Of a stretch of 64,000 nt of DNA, positions 50,252 to 59,300 are shown piece by piece. This DNA comes from Candidatus Lustribacter sp. Lineage in GTDB: Bacteria; Vulcanimicrobiota; Vulcanimicrobiia; Vulcanimicrobiales; Vulcanimicrobiaceae. The notes below the pieces were generated by a model, which saw only the letters and a list, made by a program, of their open reading frames with translations, was not told the DNA's origin and did no database searches. The stretch spans positions 3,232,001-3,296,000 of the forward strand of contig OZ255842.1 in the NCBI GenBank assembly GCA_965277805.1. The letters are read 5' to 3'. Position 1 is the first letter of the stretch. Every line of letters begins with the position of its first letter. Both the position numbers and the translations under genes were made by a program.

Positions 50252-51036
50252 GGTGCGGAGGTCCGCGCCGGCGATTGACCCGGCTCCCAGAATGCCACGC
50301 GTTTACGGATCGCGGAGATGAGTTGGGTCGAGAGCACGCCGATGATCGAGAGCACGACGACCGATGCAAACATCAGCGCGACGTTGAAGTCGGCGCTTGC
50401 GGCTTGGATGACGTGCCCGAGCCCGTGGCGGGAGGAGACGAATTCTGCGACGACTGCGCCCAACAGCGCCAGCACGACGCTGATCTCGAGCCCGGCGAAA
50501 ATTTGCGTCAACGCCGAGGGTACCTTGATGCTCCAGAAAATCTGAGCGCGCCGCGCGCCGAAGGCACGATAAAGGTCGATCAGATCGGTCGGGCACGACT
50601 TCAAACCGACGACCGTATTGACGAAGCACGGAAAGAAACAAATCAGGCAGATCAGCACGACCTTCGACGCGAGATCGAAACCGAACCACACCACGATCAC
50701 CGGCGCGAGCGCCACCTTCGGCACCGACTGGAAAGCCACGATCAGCGGATAGAACGCGCGCTCGAGCACTGAGAACTCGCTCACGGCGGCGGCGCACAGG
50801 AACGCCAGCGCGCAGCCGATCGCGTACCCGATGATGATCGCCGAGACGGTGGCCCAGATATCGGTCCAAAGGAAGCCGCTCACCAGGCTCTGCACGAGCA
50901 CGACGATGACCGACCACGGCGTAGGAATCAGGTAGGACGGGACGCTCAAGAAGCCGACGCCGACTTGCCAGACCGCCAGAAACACCAGCGCCGTTGCGGT
51001 GGGGAGCAAGACGTTGCCGAGGCGCGTGTCACGCAT
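50248..51036 (-). CDS. ABC permease, SsuC/TauC-like
   Basis: QSVPKVALAP, FFP...NT..G, GAVVAEF, GLG. Confidence 0.92.
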   Translation of the reverse strand: MRDTRLGNVLLPTATALVFLAVWQVGVGFLSVPSYLIPTPWSVIVVLVQSLVSGFLWTDIWATVSAIIIGYAIGCALAFLCAAAVSEFSVLERAFYPLIVAFQSVPKVALAPVIVVWFGFDLASKVVLICLICFFPCFVNTVVGLKSCPTDLIDLYRAFGARRAQIFWSIKVPSALTQIFAGLEISVVLALLGAVVAEFVSSRHGLGHVIQAASADFNVALMFASVVVLSIIGVLSTQLISAIRKRVAFWEPGQSPARTSAP

Positions 51037-51799
51037 GTGCGTGCACCGGCGCAAACAAACGGCGCAAATGATCGCAGATCTCGATGAAGGCCGGCGAGAC
51101 CATGCTCGAGAGATCGCGCGGGCGCGGTAACGAGACGCTCACGACCTCGACGATCCGCCCCGGACGTTCCGAGAGCACGATGATGCGATCGGCCAAGAAC
51201 GCAGCTTCTTGGATCGAGTGCGTGATGAAGATGACCGACTTTTTTGCGGCGTTCGTGATCGCTTGCAGTTCGAGCGTCATCTGCTCGCGCGTCAGCGCGT
51301 CGAGCGCCGCAAAGGGTTCGTCCATCAAGAGCAGCGCCGGATCGTGCACGAGGCCGCGCGCAATGCCGACGCGCTGCTGCATGCCGCCCGACAACTCGTG
51401 CGGGTAATACTGCGCGAATGCTTCGAGGCCGACCATCGCGACGAGCTCGTCGGCGCGCTTCTCCGTGTGGGGCGTTTGCGTGCCGAGCACGCGCAACGGC
51501 ACCAGCACGTTTTCGCGCACGGTCTTCCATGGCAGAAGCGTCGGCTTCTGAAACACGATGCCGACGTCGCGCCGCGGCCGGTCGATGACCTCGCCGTTGA
51601 GCCGCGCTTCACCATGCGTCGCAGGGAGCAAACCCGAGAGCAGCTTGAGCAGCGTGGACTTGCCGCAGCCCGACGGGCCGAGCACGGCAACGAACTCGCC
51701 GTCTTCCTGATCGAAGCTCAGCGGGCCGAGGGCCTCTAATGGGCCGCGACTCGTCTGATACGTCAGCTGGAGGTCGCGCAGCGATAGGCGTCCGCTCAT
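51029..51799 (-). CDS. ABC ATPase, SsuB/TauB-like
   Basis: GPSGCGKST, LSGGMQQR, LLMDEPF, ITHS. Confidence 0.95.
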   Translation of the reverse strand: MSGRLSLRDLQLTYQTSRGPLEALGPLSFDQEDGEFVAVLGPSGCGKSTLLKLLSGLLPATHGEARLNGEVIDRPRRDVGIVFQKPTLLPWKTVRENVLVPLRVLGTQTPHTEKRADELVAMVGLEAFAQYYPHELSGGMQQRVGIARGLVHDPALLLMDEPFAALDALTREQMTLELQAITNAAKKSVIFITHSIQEAAFLADRIIVLSERPGRIVEVVSVSLPRPRDLSSMVSPAFIEICDHLRRLFAPVHAHA

Positions 51800-52818
51800 C
51801 AGGCCGCGGACTGCGCGAGCTCCGCGTTGGCGAACTCCTCCGGCCGGTGGACCGGGTGCTTGCCGACCTTCACCAGCGCGTCATAGATCATCGCGATCTC
51901 GTCGGCCGGCGGCGGCACTTGCGGCAGACGCATGTACGCGTTCGGAATGTGTCCGAGCATCCACGACGCGATCTTGAACCGATAGTGGAAATAGGTGAAG
52001 CTGCGGCCGATCGCGAGCCCGTAGATCACATCGGCGAGCGGCTTCATGCGCGCCTGGATCGCGTTGGCTGTGACGTGATCGCCGGCCATGTACGCCGTGT
52101 AGAGCGCGATGTTTTCCTCGACGCGCACGCTCTCGCAGGCGTTGATCGTCCCCATGCCGCCGGCGTCGAACGTGCCGACCAGGTTCGCATCGCCGGCGAT
52201 CAGCGCGTTGACCGTGCGGCCGGTCTTCTCGCCGGCGCGGCGCAGCGCCGAGACGCAATCGGTAAACGAGTTTTCGCCGGTCGCGATGCCGCGCACCGCG
52301 ATCTTCATGCCGACGAGATATTCGCACGTCGTCGCGAGGCGCTCGAACGTCTGCGGCATGATGCGGCAGCTGCTCTTATCGCCCGGTCCGCCGTAGATGA
52401 GGAACGGCACCTTCGTTGCCCGGTCGATCGCGGAGAAGTGCGCGATCGCCATCGCATCGGCCGTTTCCGCATCCCAGCCGACGATATTCGGCAGGCAGTA
52501 CAGGATCATGTCGACGCCGTGTTCTTTGAGCGCCGAGGCTTGATCGATCGCCGACCACGTCGAGTCGGCGATGACGCCGCCCATCACCGGAACGCTGCCG
52601 CGGCTTTCCTCGCGCGCGATATCGATCACGCGCAGCCGCTCGTCCATCGTGAGGCACTCCGTTTCGCCGGCATGTCCGCCGACGCACAATCCGTGAACGC
52701 CCTGGTCGAGCAGGTAGCGCAGATGCGCGCGATACGCTTCTTCGTCGACGGCGCGGCAGGTCGCATCGGTATAGACGACCGGCGGTGAGGGAATGATGCC
52801 GTACGGTAAGCCGTTCAT
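51799..52818 (-). CDS. Dihydrodipicolinate synthase-family (class I) aldolase, not DapA
   Basis: GGHAGE in place of GTTGE; IY and GMK (Schiff-base Lys) retained; AAGGAG RBS. Confidence 0.82.
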   Translation of the reverse strand: MNGLPYGIIPSPPVVYTDATCRAVDEEAYRAHLRYLLDQGVHGLCVGGHAGETECLTMDERLRVIDIAREESRGSVPVMGGVIADSTWSAIDQASALKEHGVDMILYCLPNIVGWDAETADAMAIAHFSAIDRATKVPFLIYGGPGDKSSCRIMPQTFERLATTCEYLVGMKIAVRGIATGENSFTDCVSALRRAGEKTGRTVNALIAGDANLVGTFDAGGMGTINACESVRVEENIALYTAYMAGDHVTANAIQARMKPLADVIYGLAIGRSFTYFHYRFKIASWMLGHIPNAYMRLPQVPPPADEIAMIYDALVKVGKHPVHRPEEFANAELAQSAA

Positions 52819-53603
52819 GTGAGTGCTGGCTCTCCTTGTAGTTTCCGGCATAACTCGCGGCCGGCCTCGATTGTTGCGCTGATGCACCGTTGGCGGTGGC
52901 TGCCGCTCCAGCGCGCGGTGGGGCAGACGACGACCACTGCACCACGCACCGCACCCGAAACGTCGAGAACCGGCACGCCGACCGAGGAAACGCCTTCATC
53001 GAGTTCGCCCGTGCTCTCCGCGTAGCCGCGCTGACGCGTTTCCTGCAGTTCGGGCCGCAGTTGCTCGACCGATGCGATCGTGCGGCGGGTGTACGTGCGG
53101 AAATTCAGCCGCGCCAGCATCGTTTCGATTTCGGGCGGAGGCAGAAACGCGAGCAGACTCTTACCCGAACAGCCGGCGTAGAGCGGTCCGCGATGGCCGA
53201 TCTCGTAAGCGACGTGCACGGGCTGCGCCGACTCGATCTTCTCGATGCACACCGACTCCAAGTCGCTGATGACGTGCAGCAGGGACGTCTCGCCGGTTTG
53301 CTCCGTGAGCGAACGCATGACCGGAAGCGCGATCTGACGGATGTCGAGCGACGCGAGCGCCGCGCCGGCGAGCCCGGCCACGACCGGGCCGAGTTGATAC
53401 CGCAGCGTCTGCGGATCGCGCTGCAGATAACGCGCAGAGAGCAGGGTCGATAGCAGGCGCGAGACCGTGGCCTTGCTCAAGCCCATGACCTGGGCGATTT
53501 CGGTCAGCGCCCAGCCCGTCGTCGGCCGTTCGGTAAAGAGAGCAAGTAAACGAAGGGCGCGGGTGACGGTTTGGAGCTCGCCGCCCTGACTCGACTTCTG
53601 CAT
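52815..53603 (-). CDS. IclR-family transcriptional regulator
   Basis: RALRLL...LTEIA...LSKATVSRLL HTH, TGET, GK..LA, RGYA...E...G; start 53603 or 53624. Confidence 0.93.
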   Translation of the reverse strand: MQKSSQGGELQTVTRALRLLALFTERPTTGWALTEIAQVMGLSKATVSRLLSTLLSARYLQRDPQTLRYQLGPVVAGLAGAALASLDIRQIALPVMRSLTEQTGETSLLHVISDLESVCIEKIESAQPVHVAYEIGHRGPLYAGCSGKSLLAFLPPPEIETMLARLNFRTYTRRTIASVEQLRPELQETRQRGYAESTGELDEGVSSVGVPVLDVSGAVRGAVVVVCPTARWSGSHRQRCISATIEAGRELCRKLQGEPALT

Positions 53604-53605
53604 CG

Positions 53606-53780
53606 GTTCCACTTTGATGAACATAGTATCATTTTCGCGGCAAATGTCACCGAGCTTTCGCCGGCCGCCCGCACCAATCTCCTCATATTTGCTGCTCCAA
53701 TTGGATAGAGGCCTTACAGAACGCGTGGAGGTACCAGTTCCACTATGCCAGGAAGCGTTTCGCAAAGTGAAACTGCGAAA
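53606..53780. promoter_or_regulatory. Candidate IclR operators in the divergent promoter
   Basis: GTTCCACTTTGATGAAC (53606-53622) and GTTTCGCAAAGTGAAAC (53757-53773) match 13/17 in opposite orientation. Confidence 0.55.
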
Positions 53781-54998
53781 GTGACCGCGCTGCTCGACGG
53801 AGCGCATCTCGAGCGCGACATCGCGGCCTTCGCCGAGATGGGCCGCTCCGCAGCGGGCGGCTACGATCGCATCGCGTACTCGCCGGCCGATCGCGAAGCG
53901 CGCGACTGGCTCATCCGCGAGATGCGGGCGATCGGTCTTGACGTGCGGGAAGACGCGGTCGGCAACGTGATCGGCCGCCGCGAGGGCACCGATCCGACTT
54001 GCAAAGCGATCGCGATGGGATCGCACACCGACTCCGTTCCGAGCGGCGGCAACTACGACGGCGTGCTCGGCGTGCTCGGCGGCCTCGCCGTGCTCCGCAC
54101 GTTGCTCGACCACAACGTGCAGCTCCGCCATCCGGTCGAGCTCATCGACTTCGCAGCCGAAGAAGCGACGATGCCCGGCGGGACGGTCGGCAGCCGCGCG
54201 ATGGCCGGACTGCTGCCGCCCGAATTGCTCGAGGCGAAGGCGTTTGACGGCCAAACCCTCGCCGAACACATGCGCGCGTTCGGACTCGATCCCGCGCACT
54301 GGCGCCGCGCCCAGCGCGCCGCGGAAGATTTTGCGGCGTACCTCGAACTGCACATCGAACAGGGCGGCGTGCTCGAAGCGGAAGGCATTCCGATCGGCGT
54401 CGTGGCCGGCATCGTCGGCATTCGCCGCTACGCCGTGACCTATCACGGGATCGCAAACCACGCCGGCACGACGCCGATGGCCGCCCGTAAGGACGCGCTC
54501 GTTTTCGCCGCACCGTTTATCGGCGAGGTGCAGCGCGTCGCGATCGCACACGGTATCGTCGGCACGATCGGCACGCTGCAGATCTTCCCCGCCGCACCGA
54601 GCGTGATTCCCGGAGCGGTGCGGCTCGACGTGGAGATCCGCGCGATTTCGGAAGCGCTGCTCGACGGCGCGGAAGCCGAACTGCGCGCGATTGCAGAACG
54701 CAGCGGGGCTACGTTTGCACCCGTGTCCGATAAGCATCCGGTGCGCAGCGCGCCCGACATCATGCGCGACATGACGAAGGTCTGCGCAGAGCTTGGGATC
54801 GCGCAGAAAACGATGCCCAGCGGTGCCGGACACGATGCGATGTGCATTGCCACGCTCGCGCCGCAAGGGATGATCTTCGTCCCGAGCCGCGCCGGCATCA
54901 GCCACGCGCCGGAAGAATTCACCGAACCCGAACAGTGCATTGCCGGAGCACGCGTCTTGCTCGGCACGTTGCTCGAAGTTGACGCCACTTTTGAATAA
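53745..54998 (+). CDS. M20 Zn amidohydrolase (N-carbamoyl-L-amino acid hydrolase family)
   Basis: GSHTDSV..GG.YDG..G, EE, ELHIEQG, NHAGTTPM, SGAGHDA, SH; start 53745 or GTG 53781. Confidence 0.93.
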   Translation: MPGSVSQSETAKVTALLDGAHLERDIAAFAEMGRSAAGGYDRIAYSPADREARDWLIREMRAIGLDVREDAVGNVIGRREGTDPTCKAIAMGSHTDSVPSGGNYDGVLGVLGGLAVLRTLLDHNVQLRHPVELIDFAAEEATMPGGTVGSRAMAGLLPPELLEAKAFDGQTLAEHMRAFGLDPAHWRRAQRAAEDFAAYLELHIEQGGVLEAEGIPIGVVAGIVGIRRYAVTYHGIANHAGTTPMAARKDALVFAAPFIGEVQRVAIAHGIVGTIGTLQIFPAAPSVIPGAVRLDVEIRAISEALLDGAEAELRAIAERSGATFAPVSDKHPVRSAPDIMRDMTKVCAELGIAQKTMPSGAGHDAMCIATLAPQGMIFVPSRAGISHAPEEFTEPEQCIAGARVLLGTLLEVDATFE

Positions 54999-55017
54999 GA
55001 CGGAATAGAGGAAAGCC

Positions 55018-56448
55018 TTGGCCTTTGTACCCTACGACGCGATCGTCGCCGGCGGCACGCTCATCACAGCCGAGCGCACGTTCGCCGCGACGATCGCCGT
55101 GCGCGGCGGAAAGATCGCCGGTCTGCTGGCGCCGGATGAACGCCCGCCCGCACTCGACGTGATCGACGCGACCGGGATGCACGTCTTTCCGGGACTCGTC
55201 GACACGCACGTGCATTTGCGCGATCCCGGCCATACCGAACGCGAAGATTTTACGACCGGTACGCGCGCCGCGGCTGCCGGCGGCATCACCACGATCCTCG
55301 AGATGCCGATCTCCACACCGACCGTCAACTCGGCCGAAGTCTTCCGCGCGCGGCGCGCGATCGTCGGGCCGAAAACGGTCGTCGACTACGCGCTCTACGG
55401 CGCGGCCGGCCACGACAACCTCGATGAGATCGCGCCGATGGTCGCCGAGGGTGCGATTGCGTTCAAAACATTCCTGCACGCGCCGATGCCGGGCCGCGAG
55501 CACGAGTTCGTCGGCCTGTTTTGCATCGACGAAGGACGTTTGCGCGATCTGATGTTCGAGGTCGCCAAGACCGGCGTTCCCCACACGTTTCACTGCGAGA
55601 ACAACGCGATGCTGCACGCGCTCGAGCACAAGCTCGTCGAGAGCGGCCGCACCGACCCGATGGCCCACGCCGAGATGCGCCCGACGGTCGTCGAAGACGT
55701 GTCGGTCGCAACGATGCTCGCCATTGCCGCCGAAACCAAAGGGCACGTCCAGGTCGTGCACATGTCGAGCCCGATGGCGGCACAGCTCGTCAAGGAAGCG
55801 AAAGCCCGCGGCGTGCGCGTGACCGGCGAAACGTGTCCGCACTATCTATTCCTCAGCGAAGACGAACTGCGCATCTTCGGCCCCTACGCGAAGTGCAATC
55901 CCGTGTTGCGTAGCAACGCCGACCGCGACGCCTTCTGGAAGTACGTGCAAGACGGAACAATCGACGTGATCGGCAGCGATCACGCGCCGTACACCGAAGA
56001 AGAAAAGGAACGCGGAAGCGACAACATTTTCCGCGCGCCGTCCGGCTTTCCGGGACTCGAAGTGCAGTTTCCGCTGATGCTGACCGCCTATCACGACGGC
56101 AAGCTCTCGCTGTCCGATATCGCGCGCCTCACGGCCACACGCGCTTGCGAACTTTTCGCGCTGCCGCAGAAGGGCAAGATCGAGGAAGGCTGCGATGCGG
56201 ACTTCGCGATCGTCAACCTCGACGAAGCGTGGGCGTTCGAGATGAACGATGCCTTCAGCAAAGCGAAGGAAATCATGAAGGTCTACCAGGGCCGCAAGCT
56301 GCGCGGGAAGGTGGTCGCAACCATCGTGCGCGGAACGCGCGTCTTCGATCACGGCAAGATTTTGGTCGAGCCCGGCTTTGGAACGTTTCTCCGCCCGGAT
56401 CACAGCAAAGGGAAGACATGGGCCGCATACTCACCAGTCGCGACGTAG
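55018..56448 (+). CDS. Cyclic amidohydrolase (allantoinase/hydantoinase/dihydroorotase family)
   Basis: DTHVH, AFK, HCEN, VHMS, ETCPHYL, GSDHAP. Confidence 0.92.
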   Translation: MAFVPYDAIVAGGTLITAERTFAATIAVRGGKIAGLLAPDERPPALDVIDATGMHVFPGLVDTHVHLRDPGHTEREDFTTGTRAAAAGGITTILEMPISTPTVNSAEVFRARRAIVGPKTVVDYALYGAAGHDNLDEIAPMVAEGAIAFKTFLHAPMPGREHEFVGLFCIDEGRLRDLMFEVAKTGVPHTFHCENNAMLHALEHKLVESGRTDPMAHAEMRPTVVEDVSVATMLAIAAETKGHVQVVHMSSPMAAQLVKEAKARGVRVTGETCPHYLFLSEDELRIFGPYAKCNPVLRSNADRDAFWKYVQDGTIDVIGSDHAPYTEEEKERGSDNIFRAPSGFPGLEVQFPLMLTAYHDGKLSLSDIARLTATRACELFALPQKGKIEEGCDADFAIVNLDEAWAFEMNDAFSKAKEIMKVYQGRKLRGKVVATIVRGTRVFDHGKILVEPGFGTFLRPDHSKGKTWAAYSPVAT

Positions 56449-57500
56449 AGTTCGCCGTCAAGGGCGGCTCGGTGTTCGCCTGCGGCGGCGGCGGCTGGGC
56501 CGATCACGGCCGCGAACTCGGGACGACCGCGGTTACCGTCGGCCGGCCCGAACTCGTCGACATCGCCGATGTGCCCGGCGACGCGTGGATCGCGACCAGC
56601 GCCGCGATCGGCGCACCCGGCGGCCTCACCGAATGGCAGATGCTGGGCGTCGACTACGTGCGCGCGGTCGAGCTGCTTCAAGAAGCGCTGGGCGAGCCCA
56701 TCTACGGTTTGATCATCGGACAGAACGGCATGTCGAGCACGCTGAACGGCTGGCTGCCGTCCGCGCTCTTGGGCACGAAAGTCATCGATGCGGTTGGCGA
56801 TCTGCGCGCGCATCCAACCGGCGACATGGGTTCCCTCGGCATGGCGAACTCGCCCGAAGAAACGATCCAGAGTGCGGCGGGCGGTAATCGCGCGAAGAAC
56901 CAGTACATGGAACTCGTCGTGCGGGGCGCGACGGCCGGCGTCTCGCCCGTTTTGCGGCGCGCCGCCGATCAAGCCGGCGGCTTCATCGCGAGCGCGCGTA
57001 ATCCGATGCGCGCAAGCTTCGTGCGCGAGAAGGCTGCGCTCGGCGGGATCTCGCTCGCGCTCAAACTCGGCGAAGCCATTGAGGCGGCCGAACCGAAGGG
57101 GGGCGCCGCCGTCATCAAGGCGATCCGCGATACGTGCAAGGGCGACGTGCTCGCGCGCGGCACGGTCACGGCGAAGACGCTCGTCTACACGAACGAAGCG
57201 TTCGACATCGGTACGATCACGATCGCCGACGGCGCGAAGAAATTCGTCATCCACGTGATGAACGAGTACATGGCCGTCACCGAGGGCGACAACCGCTGCG
57301 CCACCTATCCCGACGTCATCACCACGCTCGACGCCGATGGACGGCCGGTCAGCGCGGGACACGTGCGCGAAGGCGACCAGCTCTCGATCTTCCACGTGCC
57401 GAAAACGCGCATCCCGCTCTCGGCCAGCGTGTTCGATCCGTCGGTGTATCCGGTCGTCGAGAAGGCGCTCGGCATCGACATCGCCTCATATGCGCTGTAA
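56418..57500 (+). CDS. DUF917 protein (probable thiohydantoin desulfhydrase)
   Basis: AVKGG..FACGGGG, GDLRAHP, NEYM, TYPD.I; pathway context. Confidence 0.8.
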   Translation: MGRILTSRDVEFAVKGGSVFACGGGGWADHGRELGTTAVTVGRPELVDIADVPGDAWIATSAAIGAPGGLTEWQMLGVDYVRAVELLQEALGEPIYGLIIGQNGMSSTLNGWLPSALLGTKVIDAVGDLRAHPTGDMGSLGMANSPEETIQSAAGGNRAKNQYMELVVRGATAGVSPVLRRAADQAGGFIASARNPMRASFVREKAALGGISLALKLGEAIEAAEPKGGAAVIKAIRDTCKGDVLARGTVTAKTLVYTNEAFDIGTITIADGAKKFVIHVMNEYMAVTEGDNRCATYPDVITTLDADGRPVSAGHVREGDQLSIFHVPKTRIPLSASVFDPSVYPVVEKALGIDIASYAL

Positions 57501-59094
57501 AGGCTGGCGCCAAGAGGCGCTGCTGCGGATGCTCGAAAACGTGCTGGCCGTCGGCGAGAACCCGAAGGACCTCGTCGTGTACGCCGCCTTCGGCAAAGCC
57601 GCGCGCAACTGGCCCGCGCACGACGCGATCGTGCGCACGCTGACGGAACTCGAAGACGGCGAGACGATGATCGTGCAGTCCGGCAAGCCAATCGGCGTGA
57701 TCCGCACGCACGTGCACGCGCCCGTCGTGATCATGGCTAACTGCAACGTCGTCGGCCAATGGGCGACGGCCGAGAACTTCTATGCGCTGGAGAAACAGGG
57801 CCTGATCTGCTGGGGCGGCTTGACCGCCGGCGACTGGCAGTACATCGGCTCGCAGGGCGTGATCCAAGGCACCTACGAGATCTTCTCACGCATCGCCGAA
57901 CGCCACTTCGATAACGAACTGCGCGGACGTTTCATTTTGACGGCCGGGCTCGGCGGCATGGGCGGCGCGCAGCCGCTCGCCGGACGCCTGGCGGGCGCCG
58001 CGATCCTCGTGATCGAGGCCGATTCGGCGCGCATCGAGCGACGCATCGGCGACGGTTACCTGCAACATCGTGCCGCGTCGCTCGACGAGGCGCTGACGTT
58101 GATACGCGATGCGCAAGCGCGCAAAGAAGCGTGCTCGGTCGGGCTCGAGGGAAACGCCGCCGACGTCTATCCCGAGATCCTGCGCCGCGGCGTCGTCCCG
58201 GACATCGTTTCGGATCAGACCTCCGCGCACGATCTCATCTACGGTTACATTCCGTCGGGCTACTCACTCGCCGACGTGCGCCGTCTGCGCGACGACGATC
58301 CGGCGAAGCTGATGCGCGATGGGCTCGTATCGATCGGCAGACATGTCACCGCCATGCTCGGCTTCATGGACCGCGGCGCGGTCGTCTTCGACAACGGCAA
58401 CCTGATCCGTACGCAAGCGAAGAAAGCCGGCGTCGAGCGCGCCTTCGAGATCCAGATCTTCACCGAAGCCTTTTTGCGGCCGCTCTTCTGCCGCGGCATC
58501 GGACCGTTCCGCTGGGTTGCGCTCTCGAACGACCCCGAAGACATCCGCAAGATCGACGAATACGTGCTCGAACGTTTCCCGGACAACCGGATCGTGACGA
58601 ACTGGATCGCGCTCGCACGCGAACACGTGCCGTTCCAGGGGTTGCCGGCCCGCATCGCCTGGCTCGGTCACGGCGAACGCACCGCGCTCGCCATCGCCGT
58701 CAACGAGATGGTGCGCGAGGGCAAACTCGCCGCACCGGTGGCATTCACGCGCGATCACCTCGACGCGGGCGCGATGACGCATCCGAACATCATGACCGAG
58801 AACCTCATCGACGGCAGCGACGCGATCTCCGACTGGCCGCTGCTCAACGCAATGATGCACTGCTCGTCGATGGCCGATCTCGTCGCCATCCACTCCGGCG
58901 GCGGCGGCTACAGCGGCTATATGACGAGCGCCGGCGTCACCGTCGTCGCCGACGGCACCGACACCGCCAAACAACGCCTCACCCTCACCCAAACCAACGA
59001 CACCTCACTCGGCATCATGCGCTACGCCGACGCCGGCTATCCCGAAGCCCTCGACGAAGCCCGCCGCTCCAACATCCGCCACATTCCCTTATAA
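57490..59094 (+). CDS. Urocanate hydratase homologue, probable thiourocanate hydratase
   Basis: QSGKP, YIGSQGVIQGTYE, GLGGMGGAQP, DQTSAHD, GPFRW, RDHLD; active-site segments differ from HutU. Confidence 0.88.
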   Translation: MRCKGWRQEALLRMLENVLAVGENPKDLVVYAAFGKAARNWPAHDAIVRTLTELEDGETMIVQSGKPIGVIRTHVHAPVVIMANCNVVGQWATAENFYALEKQGLICWGGLTAGDWQYIGSQGVIQGTYEIFSRIAERHFDNELRGRFILTAGLGGMGGAQPLAGRLAGAAILVIEADSARIERRIGDGYLQHRAASLDEALTLIRDAQARKEACSVGLEGNAADVYPEILRRGVVPDIVSDQTSAHDLIYGYIPSGYSLADVRRLRDDDPAKLMRDGLVSIGRHVTAMLGFMDRGAVVFDNGNLIRTQAKKAGVERAFEIQIFTEAFLRPLFCRGIGPFRWVALSNDPEDIRKIDEYVLERFPDNRIVTNWIALAREHVPFQGLPARIAWLGHGERTALAIAVNEMVREGKLAAPVAFTRDHLDAGAMTHPNIMTENLIDGSDAISDWPLLNAMMHCSSMADLVAIHSGGGGYSGYMTSAGVTVVADGTDTAKQRLTLTQTNDTSLGIMRYADAGYPEALDEARRSNIRHIPL

Positions 59095-59274
59095 TGTCAT
59101 CATAATGTCATCCCGAGCACAGCGCCGAAGACGCGCCGTCGAGGGACCGCCCCGAATCGCTGCTACCGAGTGCGACAAAAATTATCCACTGCCGCCTTCG
59201 CGGTCGCACTCCAAGCTCGTAGATGGTGGCGCGCTCCTCGTCTACGTGCCTGCGGCACTTCGCTCGGAATGACA
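59091..59274. repeat. Nested-palindrome REP/MITE-like element between convergent genes
   Basis: TGTCATCCCGAGC (59106-59118) and GCTCGGAATGACA (59262-59274) form a 12/13 inverted repeat; inner GAGTGCGAC/GTCGCACTC; tandem ATAATGTCATC x2. Confidence 0.7.
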
Positions 59275-59300
59275 GGGCGCTACATCTTCGCTTGCGAGTT

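Noticed and set aside
51799-52818. Calling this gene dapA
   Set aside because: GTTGE is replaced by GHAGE and the context is catabolic
53625-54905. 696-aa ORF suggesting a large IclR fusion
   Set aside because: The extension is antisense to the M20 amidohydrolase; only the last about 260 aa are IclR
57490-59094. Calling this gene hutU (histidine utilisation)
   Set aside because: No hutH/I/G nearby, substituted active-site segments and a DUF917 neighbour
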